NCBI GenBank assembly: GCA_016214285.1
Contig: JACROV010000079.1
Span: forward strand, 6,855-70,854
Direction of reading: 5' to 3'
DNA from: Candidatus Omnitrophota bacterium
GTDB taxonomy: Bacteria > Omnitrophota > Gorgyraeia > Zapsychrales > Zapsychraceae
DNA length: 64,000 nucleotides
The notes under the pieces are model-generated. The model was not told the DNA's origin, ran no database searches, and saw only the letters and a list, made by a program, of their open reading frames with translations. Below, piece after piece: positions 1-11,106 of this stretch (position 1 is its first letter; each line of letters opens with the position of its first letter). The position numbers were made by a program, and so were the translations under genes.

Positions 1-1800
1 CTGCTGGGAGAAGCCGGCGTCGGGAAAACGGCTATCGTTGAGGGACTTGCCCAATTGATCGTTAACGGCGATGTCCCGGAAGTGTTGCGCGACAAGACGA
101 TCGTCGTCCTGGACCTGGCCCTGATGATCGCGGGGACCAAATACCGCGGGCAGTTCGAAGAGCGCATTAAAGCGGTGATGGATGAGATCAAGCGGTCCGG
201 AAAACTTATTTTGTTCATCGATGAGTTGCATACCTTGGTCGGCGCAGGTGCCGCCGAGGGCGCTATCGACGCGGCCAATATCCTCAAACCCGCTCTCTCG
301 CGCGGGGAGATCCAGTGCATCGGCGCGACGACCCTGGATGAATACCGTAAACACATCGAGAAAGATGCCGCGCTCGAGCGCCGCTTCCAGACGATCATGG
401 TCGAACCTCCTTCAGTGGAGGAGGCCATTCAGATCCTTAAGGGCCTGCGTGATAAATACGAGGCGCATCACCGCGTGAAATTTTCCGATGAATCCCTCGA
501 CGCGTCCGTGCGGCTTTCGGACCGTTATATCTCCGGCCGGGCGCTGCCTGATAAGGCCGTGGATATTCTCGATGAGGCCGGGGCACGGGCGCGCTTGAAC
601 GTGATGGTCGTTCCCGACGGGATGAAAGAACTGGAAGAGAAGATCGAGTCGCTTAAAAAGGAAAAAGAATCGTATATCAAAAGTCAGGATTTCGAAAAGG
701 CCGCGCACATGCGTGATGTGGAGCGCGAAACGCGCACCAAGCTTGAAGAGATCAAAAAGAAATGGTCGGAGGAACGCGACAATGCGACACTTGTTATAGG
801 TTATGAAGAGGTGGCCAGGGTCGTTTCCCAGTGGACGAAAATACCGCTGATCCAGCTGGAAGAGGAAGAAACCAAGAAGCTGCTGAAAATGGAAGATCAT
901 CTGCGCAAGGTCGTCGTCGGGCAGGAAGAGCCGATCAGCGCGATCGCCCGCGCGGTGCGGCGTTCCCGCGCGGGGATCAAGAATCCGCGCCGGCCTATTG
1001 GTTCGTTCATCTTCCTGGGACCGACGGGGGTCGGAAAGACATTGCTGGCGCAGGCCTTGGCGGAATTCATGTTCGGCAGCAAGGATTCCCTCGTGCAGAT
1101 CGATATGTCCGAGTACATGGACAAGTTCAACGTGTCGCGTCTGATCGGCGCTCCGCCGGGGTACGTGGGATATGAAGAAGGGGGACAACTGACCGAGAAA
1201 GTGCGGCGCAAACCTTATTCGGTGGTTTTGCTCGACGAGATCGAAAAAGCGCATCCGGACGTTTTTAACATCCTCCTGCAGGTTTTCGAGGAGGGGCGCT
1301 TGACGGACAGCCTCAGCAGGAAGGTAGATTTTCGCAATACGATCATCCTGATGACCTCCAACGTCGGCGCGGATATGTTGCGTAAACAAGGATCGCTGGG
1401 ATTTGTTGCCCAGAAAGAGGAAGTCACTTACGAACACATGAAAGACCGCCTTTTGGAAGAGGTCAAGAAAACGTTTAAACCTGAATTCTTGAACCGGGTC
1501 GATGACATTATCGTCTTTAAGTCGCTGACCAAGGAGAATCTTCATGATATCGTTGAGCTGGAGATCGCCGATGTGGTCAAGCGTCTAAAGGACAGGCAGA
1601 TCGAAATGGAATTGACCAAAGACGCCATCGAGCTTCTCGTTGAAAAAGGTTTCGATCCGGTTTACGGGGCCAGACCGCTCAAAAGGACGATCCAGCGGCT
1701 TCTCGAAGACCCTATGGCGGAAGAGCTCCTTGTCGGTCGTTTTAAGGAAGGAAGCAAGGTTAAGGTCAGCCGTAAAGATGAGCAGTTTGTTTTTGTGTGA
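1..1800 (+). CDS. clpC: ATP-dependent Clp protease ATPase subunit ClpC (5' end lies outside the window)
   Basis: First AAA+ module ([16 protein letters not shown]), UVR-like middle motif, second AAA+ module (GPTGVGKT). The reading frame is open from base 1. Confidence 0.9.
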   Translation: MLGEAGVGKTAIVEGLAQLIVNGDVPEVLRDKTIVVLDLALMIAGTKYRGQFEERIKAVMDEIKRSGKLILFIDELHTLVGAGAAEGAIDAANILKPALSRGEIQCIGATTLDEYRKHIEKDAALERRFQTIMVEPPSVEEAIQILKGLRDKYEAHHRVKFSDESLDASVRLSDRYISGRALPDKAVDILDEAGARARLNVMVVPDGMKELEEKIESLKKEKESYIKSQDFEKAAHMRDVERETRTKLEEIKKKWSEERDNATLVIGYEEVARVVSQWTKIPLIQLEEEETKKLLKMEDHLRKVVVGQEEPISAIARAVRRSRAGIKNPRRPIGSFIFLGPTGVGKTLLAQALAEFMFGSKDSLVQIDMSEYMDKFNVSRLIGAPPGYVGYEEGGQLTEKVRRKPYSVVLLDEIEKAHPDVFNILLQVFEEGRLTDSLSRKVDFRNTIILMTSNVGADMLRKQGSLGFVAQKEEVTYEHMKDRLLEEVKKTFKPEFLNRVDDIIVFKSLTKENLHDIVELEIADVVKRLKDRQIEMELTKDAIELLVEKGFDPVYGARPLKRTIQRLLEDPMAEELLVGRFKEGSKVKVSRKDEQFVFV

Positions 1801-1827
1801 TGTGCCCATAGGAGAGGCAGGAGCTTC

Positions 1828-2823
1828 ATGAGAGCAAAAGTTTTGGTGGCGGGGTGTGTCTTTGCCCTGCTTTTTGTTCCTTGTGCTTTTGCCAATGTCG
1901 TGGCCACCTTTTACGGACAGGTCGATTTTGCTCAAAAACAGTTTGACGTTACTTTGGATTTTTCCCATCTCCCGGGAAGCCCGCCTTTGGAAAACAAACA
2001 GTCATCGGTTGCCATCAGCGGCGCGAAAGTTTCCGATAAAGATTATCGTTTTTCCCTCAACATCGATCACCTCCGAACGCCCATCTGGAACCTTTTAAGC
2101 AAGATCGAAAGTTCCATTGAAGTTGACCCGCAAGCCGTTGGTAAAAGCGCGCCTATGGTGCGCGGCGAGATCTGGAGCCAAAATTCTCTTATCGACTATA
2201 AGCCTGTCCGCGAATTGACCGGTCATTTCGAGATCAAGGACAGTCAATTATTGCTGGAATCTTTGTCTTTCGGGAACCTGAGCTGCCAGGGATCGCTGGA
2301 TCTGGTCTATCCTTACAAGATGGACATGAAGGTTTTGCTGCATGACGTCGCGATGGAAGATTTCCTGAATTTTTGGGCCGGGAATAAAGGATATAAATCT
2401 TCTGGCACCGTTTCCGGCGAGATCGGCGTCTCAGGCACGTGGAGCCGGATCGGCCTAAAGGGCAGTCTGGAAAGTCACGACGGATATGTTGAACAGTTGG
2501 AGTATAACAGCCTCCATCTTAACGTCCAGGGCGTTTATCCGCAGTTGAGCATCGGGCAATCTACGATCTCCAAGGCGGATGGGGTGAGTTTTGCCTTCAG
2601 CGGGCCCGTCGATCTAAGCGATCAGGAGAATTTTACAAGGCAGATCGGCGCGCTGGTCCTTTCGCCGCTGGTGAGCGATTCGTCCTCCGAAAGGGAATGG
2701 ACGATCAAACGATTGAATCAGCCTAATTCGGGGGCGACGGAGATCAAATATCTTTTGCGCAAAGAGGACAAATCCGACGGCGCCTCCGGTATGTTGGGCG
2801 TTCAACGAACAATGAGTTTTTAA
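1828..2823 (+). CDS. Secreted hypothetical protein (signal peptide) directly upstream of mlaE
   Basis: N-terminal signal peptide MRAKVLVAGCVFALLFVPCAFA. No recognised domain. It is co-directional with the mla genes and tightly spaced. Confidence 0.55.
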   Translation: MRAKVLVAGCVFALLFVPCAFANVVATFYGQVDFAQKQFDVTLDFSHLPGSPPLENKQSSVAISGAKVSDKDYRFSLNIDHLRTPIWNLLSKIESSIEVDPQAVGKSAPMVRGEIWSQNSLIDYKPVRELTGHFEIKDSQLLLESLSFGNLSCQGSLDLVYPYKMDMKVLLHDVAMEDFLNFWAGNKGYKSSGTVSGEIGVSGTWSRIGLKGSLESHDGYVEQLEYNSLHLNVQGVYPQLSIGQSTISKADGVSFAFSGPVDLSDQENFTRQIGALVLSPLVSDSSSEREWTIKRLNQPNSGATEIKYLLRKEDKSDGASGMLGVQRTMSF

Positions 2824-2838
2824 CTTTGGCTCTTCATT

Positions 2839-3627
2839 ATGTGGAATTATTTTAAATCATTTCCAGGGGGCGCGGTTTCCCGGCTGGTTCTTTATATCGG
2901 GGAGATCGCGGTTCTTTTCGGACAAACCGTTTATTTGTGTTTCGTCCCGCCGTTTAAGGGTGAACGGGTCCTTATTCAATCCAAACAGATAGGCCCGGGC
3001 AGCTTTTTTATTTCAGCGCTGGTCGCGTTTTTTATCGGAATGATCATGGCCCTGCAGATGGCGTACCAGATGACCAAGCTGTCCGCGGAGATCTATATCC
3101 CCAACGTCATCGCGGTCTCATTGACCCGGGAACTCGCCCCCGTTTTGACGGCGCTCATCGTCGCCGGCCGCGTCGGGGCCGGCATTACGGCGGAATTAGG
3201 ATCCATGACGGTCACTGAACAAGTCGAGGCCCTCAAGGCGTTTGCCGTCAACCCGATCAAATATCTCGTCGTGCCGCGATTTTTGGCGCTTATTGTGATG
3301 CTGCCGATGTTGAGCATTTTCGCGGACTTGATCGGGATCATGGGCGGATTCGTCATCTGTGTGACCAAGCTTTATATCAGTCCGGCATTGTATTTTACGA
3401 TGATCGCCGAATCACTGGCGATCAAGGATGTCATGACGGGGTTGTTCAAGACGATCTTCTTCGGCGCTATTATCGCGCTGGTGGGGTGCCACCAGGGATT
3501 GAACGTCAGAAGCGGCGCGGAAGGGGTGGGAAGGGCGACCACGATCTCGGTCGTGGCTTCGTTTATTTTGATCATCGTGGTCGATTGTTTGTTCACAACT
3601 TTTTTTTATTTCGTATTGCACGTATAA
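2839..3627 (+). CDS. mlaE: ABC transporter permease MlaE
   Basis: MlaE/Ttg2B-like multi-TM sequence. Its stop overlaps the start of the next gene (ATAATGA). Confidence 0.85.
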   Translation: MWNYFKSFPGGAVSRLVLYIGEIAVLFGQTVYLCFVPPFKGERVLIQSKQIGPGSFFISALVAFFIGMIMALQMAYQMTKLSAEIYIPNVIAVSLTRELAPVLTALIVAGRVGAGITAELGSMTVTEQVEALKAFAVNPIKYLVVPRFLALIVMLPMLSIFADLIGIMGGFVICVTKLYISPALYFTMIAESLAIKDVMTGLFKTIFFGAIIALVGCHQGLNVRSGAEGVGRATTISVVASFILIIVVDCLFTTFFYFVLHV

Positions 3628-4400
3628 TGATCGAGATAGCGCATTTGCACAAATCGTTCGGCAACCACGTCATCCTCAATGACTTGAATCTCACGATCAA
3701 GGAAGGGGAGACGAAGGTCATCATCGGCCGTTCGGGAACCGGGAAAAGCGTTCTTTTGAAGAACATCATCGGGATCCTGCGCCCCGATTTTGGCTCGATC
3801 AAAATCAGCGGCACGGAAGTCACAACCCTTAATGAGCGCGATTACAATAAGATCCGCATGCAGATGGGGATGGTGTTTCAGGGCGGGGCCCTGTTCGATT
3901 CGATGAACGTCGCCGAGAACGTGGCGTTCGTCCTGGATGAATTCATGAGCGTGGACAAAAAAACGGTCCGGGCGAAGGTTGAGCGGTGCTTGGGGATGGT
4001 GGGCTTATCCGGTATCGAAGAAATGATGCCGTCGGAATTAAGCGGCGGGATGAAAAAGCGTGTGAGTCTGGCAAGAGTTTTGTGCATGGAACCGCGGATC
4101 ATTTTTTATGACGAACCGACGACCGGAGTTGACCCCATCACATCTGATGTCATCAACAACTTGATCGTTGATCTGCGCCATAAGCTTAAAGTGACCTCGA
4201 TCGTGGTCACGCATGACATGAATTCGGCGTATAAAGTGGCCGATAACATCGCGATGCTCTATCACGGGCAGGTGGTGGCCGAAGGGACGCCGCAAGAAAT
4301 TCAGAGCACGAAACATCCGGTCGTCAAGCAGTTCATCAACGGCGAGGCTAGGGGCCCTATTACGGAAAACGAAAACCTGATTTTTGGATACACAGACTAA
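3627..4400 (+). CDS. mlaF: ABC transporter ATP-binding protein MlaF
   Basis: Walker A GRSGTGKS, signature LSGGMKKR, Walker B IFYDEPT. The ATG at 3627 overlaps the mlaE stop. Confidence 0.85.
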   Translation: MIEIAHLHKSFGNHVILNDLNLTIKEGETKVIIGRSGTGKSVLLKNIIGILRPDFGSIKISGTEVTTLNERDYNKIRMQMGMVFQGGALFDSMNVAENVAFVLDEFMSVDKKTVRAKVERCLGMVGLSGIEEMMPSELSGGMKKRVSLARVLCMEPRIIFYDEPTTGVDPITSDVINNLIVDLRHKLKVTSIVVTHDMNSAYKVADNIAMLYHGQVVAEGTPQEIQSTKHPVVKQFINGEARGPITENENLIFGYTD

Positions 4401-4424
4401 CAAACGTAACAAACGGAGATCTAT

Positions 4425-5111
4425 ATGCCCAAAGAAAAGAGTCTCGAATTCAAAGTTGGTTTTTTTGTCCTGCTTGCGTTGATCGGTTTGGCAGTTTTTA
4501 TATTTTCCATCACAGACTCCCCGATTTTTGAGGGGGGCAAGACGCTCAAGGCGGTTTTTAATTTCGCCAACGGCTTGAAAAAAAGCGCGCCGGTGCGTAT
4601 CGCCGGGGTGGATCAGGGGATCGTTAAAGAGATCAAATTGTTTTTTGACCCGCATGTCCGCAAGGCCAAGGCCGAGATCGTGCTTTGGGTGAAAAAAGAC
4701 GTCCAGATCCCCCAAGATTCTACCATTATGATCAACCAACTGGGGTTGATGGGTGAAAAGTACATCGAGATCACGCCGGGAGCGGACACCCGGGAATTCC
4801 TTCAGGAGGGACAGGTGATGGTGGGCATCGACCCCATCGCCCAGGAAGCGATCGCCCAGAAGGTCATGGAAGTTGCTTCCGGTCTCGATAAAATGATCAG
4901 CGATGAGAAAACAAAGAATTCGATCAGCGCCACTCTGGAGAACTTGAGCCTGGTGACCGGGAATTTAAGAGATATTACCTCAAGCGTCAAGGACGGTAAA
5001 GGGACCTTGGGCAGGATCCTTTACGACGAGCGGTTGTATGATGATCTGCAGGGGCTCACCGCGGATTTGAAAACGAATCCCTGGAAACTTTTATACCGGC
5101 CGAAGAAATAG
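4425..5111 (+). CDS. mlaD: MCE-domain protein MlaD
   Basis: N-terminal TM helix followed by an MCE domain. Third gene of the mla operon. Confidence 0.8.
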   Translation: MPKEKSLEFKVGFFVLLALIGLAVFIFSITDSPIFEGGKTLKAVFNFANGLKKSAPVRIAGVDQGIVKEIKLFFDPHVRKAKAEIVLWVKKDVQIPQDSTIMINQLGLMGEKYIEITPGADTREFLQEGQVMVGIDPIAQEAIAQKVMEVASGLDKMISDEKTKNSISATLENLSLVTGNLRDITSSVKDGKGTLGRILYDERLYDDLQGLTADLKTNPWKLLYRPKK

Positions 5112-5125
5112 GATTTTTTCGAAAA

Positions 5126-6487
5126 ATGAAGACCAAAACACTTTTTGTCTGCCAGAACTGCGGTACCCAATCTCCCAAGTGGGTCGGACGATGTCCGGGC
5201 TGCCAGACCTGGAATACGTTCGTCGAGGAAACCGCGCCTTCGGCTATCGAAGAAAGAACGGGGATCGTTTTTAAGGACGAGCCGGTCCTTCTCAATGAAA
5301 TTTCCACGGAACAAAAAGAGCGCTGGACGACGGGCATCAGCGAGTTCGACCGTGTTGTCGGCGGCGGCATCGTGCAGGGTTCGGTGACGCTCATCGGCGG
5401 CGATCCGGGAATAGGCAAGTCGACCCTTTCTCTGCAGGTCGCCTCGGCATTAAGTCAAAAGGGCCTCAAGATCCTTTATGTCAGCGGTGAGGAATCCGTC
5501 CAGCAAACCCGTCTGCGCGCCCAGCGTCTGGGAGCCGGGGCCAACAAATCTTTATATATCGTCAACCAGGTCGATCTCGATACAATTGTGGGTTATATCG
5601 AGAAAATGGCGCCGGAGGTCGTGGTTGTTGACTCCATCCAGGTTTTGTACAGCGCAGAGATCTCATCTTCCCCGGGAAGTGTTAGTCAGGTGCGGGATTG
5701 CGCGGCCATCTTGACCCATTTGGTCAAGATCAAAGGCATTTCCCTGTTTATTATCGGCCACGTCACCAAAGATGGAATGCTCGCCGGCCCGCGGGTGCTG
5801 GAGCATATCGTTGATACGGTCCTGTATTTTGAGGGCGAGCGGTATTCGATGTACCGGGTGCTGCGCGCGACCAAGAACAGGTTCGGGTCGACCAACGAGA
5901 TCGGCGTTTTCGAAATGGCCTCGGCCGGCTTGATCGAGGTTTCCAACCCGTCGGAAATATTTTTGTCCGAACGCCCGCACGATAGTTCAGGGTCGGTCGT
6001 GGTGCCTATTATCGAAGGAACGCGTCCGTTCCTGGTGGAGATCCAGGGACTGATCAGCCGTTCGAACTTCGGCATGGTCCGCCAAAAGGCGCAAGGGTTC
6101 GACGCCAACCGTTTGGCCATGCTCGTTGCTGTTTTAGAGAAACGCTTGGATCTTAATTTGCAGGATAAGGATATTTTTTTGAACGTCGTTGGCGGTGTCA
6201 GGCTGATGGACCCGGCGGCGGATCTGGGGGTCGTGATCGCGGTAGCTTCCGCTTTGCTGGATAAACCGGTCGCGTTCGATACGGTCATTCTGGGAGAAGT
6301 CGGGCTTTCGGCGGAGGTGCGCAGCGTCCCGCAGATGGCCGTGCGTGTCCAGGAAGCCCAGAAGCTGGGGTTCAAGCGCTGCATTGTTCCGCAAAACAAT
6401 TTGAAGATGAACAAGGAATTGGACGTCCGCGCGATAAAGATCATCGGTGTGGAAACGGTCAGGCAGGCGCTGGAGGAGCTGACATAA
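5126..6487 (+). CDS. radA: DNA repair protein RadA/Sms
   Basis: N-terminal C4 zinc finger CQNCGTQSPKWVGRCPGCQTW, RecA-like ATPase GGDPGIGKST, Lon-like C-terminal domain. Confidence 0.95.
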   Translation: MKTKTLFVCQNCGTQSPKWVGRCPGCQTWNTFVEETAPSAIEERTGIVFKDEPVLLNEISTEQKERWTTGISEFDRVVGGGIVQGSVTLIGGDPGIGKSTLSLQVASALSQKGLKILYVSGEESVQQTRLRAQRLGAGANKSLYIVNQVDLDTIVGYIEKMAPEVVVVDSIQVLYSAEISSSPGSVSQVRDCAAILTHLVKIKGISLFIIGHVTKDGMLAGPRVLEHIVDTVLYFEGERYSMYRVLRATKNRFGSTNEIGVFEMASAGLIEVSNPSEIFLSERPHDSSGSVVVPIIEGTRPFLVEIQGLISRSNFGMVRQKAQGFDANRLAMLVAVLEKRLDLNLQDKDIFLNVVGGVRLMDPAADLGVVIAVASALLDKPVAFDTVILGEVGLSAEVRSVPQMAVRVQEAQKLGFKRCIVPQNNLKMNKELDVRAIKIIGVETVRQALEELT

Positions 6488-6591
6488 TAATAGTTCGTTG
6501 GGTTTGCAGGGTTGATTGAGTTTGTTGGGTTGGTAAAACACAACAAACCCAATGGACACAATAAACCCAATCAACTTACCTGGAGTTCTTT

Positions 6592-7635
6592 ATGACATTA
6601 CTGTTCATCCGCAGCCTGTTCGTGATTATGAGCGGGGTCGTCGGGTATTACATTGGCATGCTCGTCCAGTATCCGCTTTTGGGAACGGAGCTGGGCTGTT
6701 TGGGCGGTTTGACCATTATTTTCATTGAGCACCGGTTGCAGCGCGTTTCGGTGAAGGGTTTATCGAGCATGGTTTTCGGCCTGCTCTTAGGTATCTTCAT
6801 GGCCAAATTGCTCTCTGATATTATTGCCTTGCTGCCGCTGGGGGAATTTGTCCATTCCATTTTACGGGTCGTGTTGACGCTGGTCTTTTCTTATTTCGGG
6901 GCGGTCATGGCGCTGCGCGGCAAGGATGAATTCAACGTGATCATCCCTTACGTGCGCTTCAAGCGCCAGGATGTGCGCGGCGAGGACGTCTTGCTCGACA
7001 CCAGCGCCATCATCGACGGCAGGGTTGTCGATATTTGCAAAACGAACTTTCTGACGGGGCGGCTCGTCGTGCCCCGCTGTGTCCTTCAGGAATTGCAAAA
7101 GATCTCCGATTCCGCCGATGACATCAAACGCGAACGCGGCCGGCGCGGCATGGAATTGCTGCGTCATATGCAAAAAGATTCCAGGATCGAGATCCATGTC
7201 CACGAAGAGGATTTGCCGGATATCGACAATGTGGATGAGAAGCTGGTCAAGCTCGCCCGGATGATGGATGCGCGTATTTGCACGACGGATTTTAATTTGG
7301 GCCGCATCGCCGTATTGCAGGGGGTTGAAGTTTTAAACATCCATGAACTGGTCAACGCGGTGAAATCCGTTGTCCTGACCGGGGAGAGGCTGGAGGTGAG
7401 GCTGGTGCGGGAAGGCAAAGAACCCGGCCAGGCCGTCGCCTTTCTGGAGGACGGCACGATGATCGTGGTCGGCGACGCCCAGAAATTGATCGGCAAAAAA
7501 GTCACCGTCGCCGTGACCTCGGTTTTACAGACGCAGGCCGGTAAAATGATCTTCGCCAGGCTTCCGATAGGCTCCCTTCGGCCAAAGGCTCCTCCCCCTC
7601 GGGGGACCTCTGGCCGCGGGGAGGAGGAGAAATGA
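6592..7635 (+). CDS. yacL: YacL-like membrane protein with PIN and TRAM domains
   Basis: N-terminal TM helices, a PIN domain and a C-terminal TRAM-like beta domain. Its position between radA and ispD matches Firmicutes. Confidence 0.75.
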   Translation: MTLLFIRSLFVIMSGVVGYYIGMLVQYPLLGTELGCLGGLTIIFIEHRLQRVSVKGLSSMVFGLLLGIFMAKLLSDIIALLPLGEFVHSILRVVLTLVFSYFGAVMALRGKDEFNVIIPYVRFKRQDVRGEDVLLDTSAIIDGRVVDICKTNFLTGRLVVPRCVLQELQKISDSADDIKRERGRRGMELLRHMQKDSRIEIHVHEEDLPDIDNVDEKLVKLARMMDARICTTDFNLGRIAVLQGVEVLNIHELVNAVKSVVLTGERLEVRLVREGKEPGQAVAFLEDGTMIVVGDAQKLIGKKVTVAVTSVLQTQAGKMIFARLPIGSLRPKAPPPRGTSGRGEEEK

Positions 7636-8327
7636 CAACAAAAGCCATTATTGCCGCGGGCGGTTTGGGAACGCGTTTAAAGACGATCCACCCAAAGCCG
7701 CTGGTCATGCTCAACGGTAAACCGCTTCTTGCCTACAGCGTTGAGGTCTTCGACAAATTCCCCTTGATCGACGGTATTATTATCGTTACGCATGAATACC
7801 ATGTCCTGGACGTGGAGGACGTGGTCCGGCATTATAACCTTCAGAAAATAGAGCGTATCGTCATCGGCGGCGAAACGCGTTCGGCCTCCGTTTATAACGG
7901 CCTGCGCGAAGCCGGGGAGAAGACGGATATCGTGGTCATCCACGACGGGGCCAGACCGCTCATCAAGGCCCAGACGATCCAGAAGGCCATTGAGCAATGT
8001 AAAATTCACGGGGCGGCCGTCGTCGGTGTTAAGGTCAAGCCCACGATCAAGAGGGTCGATCCTCTGAGTTTATTTGTGCGCGAGACATTGAACCGCGGCG
8101 AACTTTGGGAGATCCAGACTCCGCAGGTATTTAACCGTGAGCTTCTTTTAAAAGCTTATGCCCAAAAGGGTGCTGAAGATCCCACCGATGACGCTGGCCT
8201 GGTCGAGCGTATGGGTGTTCCGGTCAAGGTCGTTGAGGGCGATTATGAGAATATCAAGATCACGACCAATGAAGACCTGGTTTTGGCCGAAGCGTTCTTG
8301 AGCGCCCGCGCGAATATCCTAGTATAG
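7632..8327 (+). CDS. ispD: 2-C-methyl-D-erythritol 4-phosphate cytidylyltransferase
   Basis: N-terminal AIIAAGGLGTRL motif and IspD family similarity throughout. Confidence 0.9.
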   Translation: MTTKAIIAAGGLGTRLKTIHPKPLVMLNGKPLLAYSVEVFDKFPLIDGIIIVTHEYHVLDVEDVVRHYNLQKIERIVIGGETRSASVYNGLREAGEKTDIVVIHDGARPLIKAQTIQKAIEQCKIHGAAVVGVKVKPTIKRVDPLSLFVRETLNRGELWEIQTPQVFNRELLLKAYAQKGAEDPTDDAGLVERMGVPVKVVEGDYENIKITTNEDLVLAEAFLSARANILV

Positions 8328-8329
8328 CC

Positions 8330-8806
8330 ATGCATAGCAGAATAGGAATAGGTTACGACATCCATCGCTTCGTGAAGGGACGCAAGCTCATCCTGGGCGG
8401 TGTGGCGATCCCGCATCCGAAGGGGCTGGACGGACATTCGGATGCCGATGTTGTGTTGCACGCCGTCAGCGACGCGCTTTTGGGGGCCGCGGGCAAAGGC
8501 GATATCGGAGAGCATTTCCCCAACACGGACAAAAAATATAAAAACATCTCGAGCTTGGTCTTGCTGGACCAGGTTTGCGAGCTGATTGCCAAAGAAGGAT
8601 ACAGGGTGGGCAACGTTGATGTGGTCATCCAGGCCGAGGAGCCGAACCTTAAAGACTATAAACCGCGGATGAAGGCTGCAATCGCGAAAGCATTGCATAT
8701 TGACGGGAGCTTTGTTAATATTAAGGCCACCACCAGCGAAGGTTTGGGGGCGATTGGACAAGGGCAGGGGATTGCCGCGTTTGCGGTAGTTTTGTTGACT
8801 AAGTGA
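8330..8806 (+). CDS. ispF: 2-C-methyl-D-erythritol 2,4-cyclodiphosphate synthase
   Basis: IGIGYDIHRF and HSDADVVLHA motifs. Confidence 0.95.
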   Translation: MHSRIGIGYDIHRFVKGRKLILGGVAIPHPKGLDGHSDADVVLHAVSDALLGAAGKGDIGEHFPNTDKKYKNISSLVLLDQVCELIAKEGYRVGNVDVVIQAEEPNLKDYKPRMKAAIAKALHIDGSFVNIKATTSEGLGAIGQGQGIAAFAVVLLTK

Positions 8807-8819
8807 AGTATTGAGGCTA

Positions 8820-8970
8820 GTGGATTTTGAAGTTCGAAATTCGAAGCACGAAATACGAAACAAATCAAAAATCCTAAATTCTATTGTCCTAAACCAACTG
8901 TTTAGAATTTTAGATATTCGAATTTAAGTATTGTTTCGAATTTCGATATTCGTGCTTCGGATTTTAACAG
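8820..8970. repeat. Intergenic MITE-like palindromic element, family A copy 1
   Basis: Terminal inverted repeats ttcgaagcacgaaatacgaaacaa / ttgtttcgaatttcgatattcgtgcttcgg around an AT-rich core. Homologous copies at 25481-25650 and 31455-31632. Confidence 0.7.
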
Positions 8971-8996
8971 GTCATATTTAAGAGCCAGGAGCAGGT

Positions 8997-9677
8997 ATGA
9001 CGTTTCTTTTTACGCTGGTTTTGATTTTCTTCGCGTGGGCGCTGATCATTTTTGTCTTTTTCAAGGCGGAGATCCAGTCCACCAAAGAGAGGGATCCGGC
9101 CGCCCGCGGGATCGCGGAGATCGTGCTTTTATACCCGGGGCTTCACGCGGTCGTGGCTCATCGGATCAATCATTTCCTCTGGAAAATGAAGATACCGCTT
9201 TTACCCAGGGCATTGTCCCAGTTGACGCGTTTTTTTACCGGTATCGAGATCCACCCTGGAGCAGAGATCGGCAAGGGACTTTTTATCGACCACGGCATGG
9301 GTGTCGTCGTCGGCGAAACGGCCATTGTCGGGGATAACGTTACGCTGTTTCAGGGGGTCACCCTGGGAGGCACGGGCAAGGAAACCGGCAAGCGGCATCC
9401 GACGATCGGCAATAATGTGGTCATCGGCGCCGGCGCCAAGGTCTTGGGCAATATTACCGTCGGCGGCAACAGTTACGTCGGTGCCAACGCGGTCATTATC
9501 CGGGACGTTCCCTCCAACGCCACGGTGGTCGGTGTCCCGGGCCATGTCACCAAACAAGAAGGTAAAAAGATGGATCTGCTGATGGACCATGTCCATACTT
9601 CGGATCCGGTGATGCAGCATATGAAAGATCTGGTCCGGCGGGTCAAGACGCTCGAAGATAAAACCCCGGGGCAATAG
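8997..9677 (+). CDS. cysE: Serine O-acetyltransferase
   Basis: SATase N-terminal region plus a hexapeptide-repeat left-handed beta-helix. Confidence 0.85.
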   Translation: MTFLFTLVLIFFAWALIIFVFFKAEIQSTKERDPAARGIAEIVLLYPGLHAVVAHRINHFLWKMKIPLLPRALSQLTRFFTGIEIHPGAEIGKGLFIDHGMGVVVGETAIVGDNVTLFQGVTLGGTGKETGKRHPTIGNNVVIGAGAKVLGNITVGGNSYVGANAVIIRDVPSNATVVGVPGHVTKQEGKKMDLLMDHVHTSDPVMQHMKDLVRRVKTLEDKTPGQ

Positions 9678-9699
9678 ATCTGTTCTTCATTGATCCCTC

Positions 9700-11106
9700 A
9701 TGACGATTCGCATTGTTAATTCTCTTACCAGGAGAAAAGAAGAGCTTGTGCCGTGTGACGGCAAGATCATCCGCATGTACTCCTGCGGGGTGACGGTCTA
9801 TGACCGCTGCCATATCGGGCACGCCCGCAGTCTGTATGTCTTTGATGTTATCCGGCGCTATCTTAAGTATCGCGGCTTTGATGTCAAGTTTGTCCGCAAC
9901 ATCACCGATGTCGACGATAAAATCATCAATAAAGCCCGGGAAACCGGGAGAAAGTTCGTGGATGTCGTCGCGGAAAATATCGCGGCCTATCAGGCGGACT
10001 TGAAAAGCCTCGGTATCCCGCCGGCGGATATCGAGCCGCGCGCCACCGAAAATATCCCGGAGATGATCAAGGACATCCAGGGCTTGATCCAGAAAGGATT
10101 TGCTTATACGGCCAATGGCGAGGTGTATTACGATGTGCGCAAATTCAAGGATTACGGAAAGCTCTCCGGTCAGAGTGTTGATAAAATGATGGAAGCGGTA
10201 CGCATCGAGCAGGATCAGAAAAAAAAGGACCCGCTCGATTTCGCCCTTTGGAAGAAATCCAAGGAGGATGAACCGTTCTGGGAAAGTCCGTGGGGCCGCG
10301 GAAGGCCGGGCTGGCACATCGAATGTTCCTGCATGAGCCTAAAGCATCTTAAGTGCGAGACTTTGGACATTCACGCCGGCGGGCGCGATCTGATCTTTCC
10401 CCATCATGAAAACGAGATCGCCCAGGCGCAGCCGCTGACGAACAAACCTTTCGCCAGATGCTGGATCCATCACGGGCTTTTGACCATCCAGGGACAGAAA
10501 ATGGCCAAGTCGCTGGGGAATTTCATCACTGTGCAGGACGCGCTTAAAAAATACAGCGTCGACCAGCTGAAGATGTTCTTTCTTTCCTCGCATTACGCCA
10601 GCCCCATTGATTTTTCCGGGGAAAAAATGCGGGAAACGCAAAAGGCGCTGGACCGGTTCGATGTCCTGTTCTGGAAAGCGTATCAGATGCTCGAAGGCAA
10701 AAAGCCGGTCGATCCCATCGAGGCCGAATTCATCACCAAACACCGCAATGAATTTATCGTTGCGATGGACGATGATTTTAATACGCCGATGGCACTGGGG
10801 TGTTTGTTTAATTTTATTAATGATACCAATAAATTCATCGATACGGCGCCCAAAGACGGCAATTATTTCGAAATTATTTTTCGGGCGGTCGACACGATCG
10901 AGAGTTTGTCCCGGAATATCCTGGGGTTGTTTCTTAAAGAGAAAGACAACGATCTGACGCAAGAGCAAAAGACGCTCCTGCAGCAGCGCCTGGATGCCCG
11001 AAGACAGAAGAATTTTAAACGCTCGGATGAGATCCGTGATCTGTTGAAGGAAAATGGAGTGATTGTCGAGGATACCAAAGACGGGCAGGTGTGGCGGTGG
11101 GCATGA
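9700..11106 (+). CDS. cysS: Cysteine--tRNA ligase
   Basis: HIGH motif CHIGHARS, KMSKS variant KMAKS and cysteine ligands. Confidence 0.95.
   Translation: MTIRIVNSLTRRKEELVPCDGKIIRMYSCGVTVYDRCHIGHARSLYVFDVIRRYLKYRGFDVKFVRNITDVDDKIINKARETGRKFVDVVAENIAAYQADLKSLGIPPADIEPRATENIPEMIKDIQGLIQKGFAYTANGEVYYDVRKFKDYGKLSGQSVDKMMEAVRIEQDQKKKDPLDFALWKKSKEDEPFWESPWGRGRPGWHIECSCMSLKHLKCETLDIHAGGRDLIFPHHENEIAQAQPLTNKPFARCWIHHGLLTIQGQKMAKSLGNFITVQDALKKYSVDQLKMFFLSSHYASPIDFSGEKMRETQKALDRFDVLFWKAYQMLEGKKPVDPIEAEFITKHRNEFIVAMDDDFNTPMALGCLFNFINDTNKFIDTAPKDGNYFEIIFRAVDTIESLSRNILGLFLKEKDNDLTQEQKTLLQQRLDARRQKNFKRSDEIRDLLKENGVIVEDTKDGQVWRWA

Noticed and set aside
412-1545. Long reverse-strand ORF (377 aa) inside clpC.
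   Set aside because: It is antisense to a highly conserved gene and has no domain signature. It is typical of GC-rich antisense frames.
5686-6570. Reverse-strand ORFs (294 and 146 aa) overlapping radA.
   Set aside because: Antisense artefacts within a conserved CDS.
6488-6591. Repetitive gttgggtt / aacccaat spacer after radA as a terminator.
   Set aside because: The arms are mostly complement-symmetric rather than reverse-complementary. Only a weak imperfect stem exists and there is no T-run.
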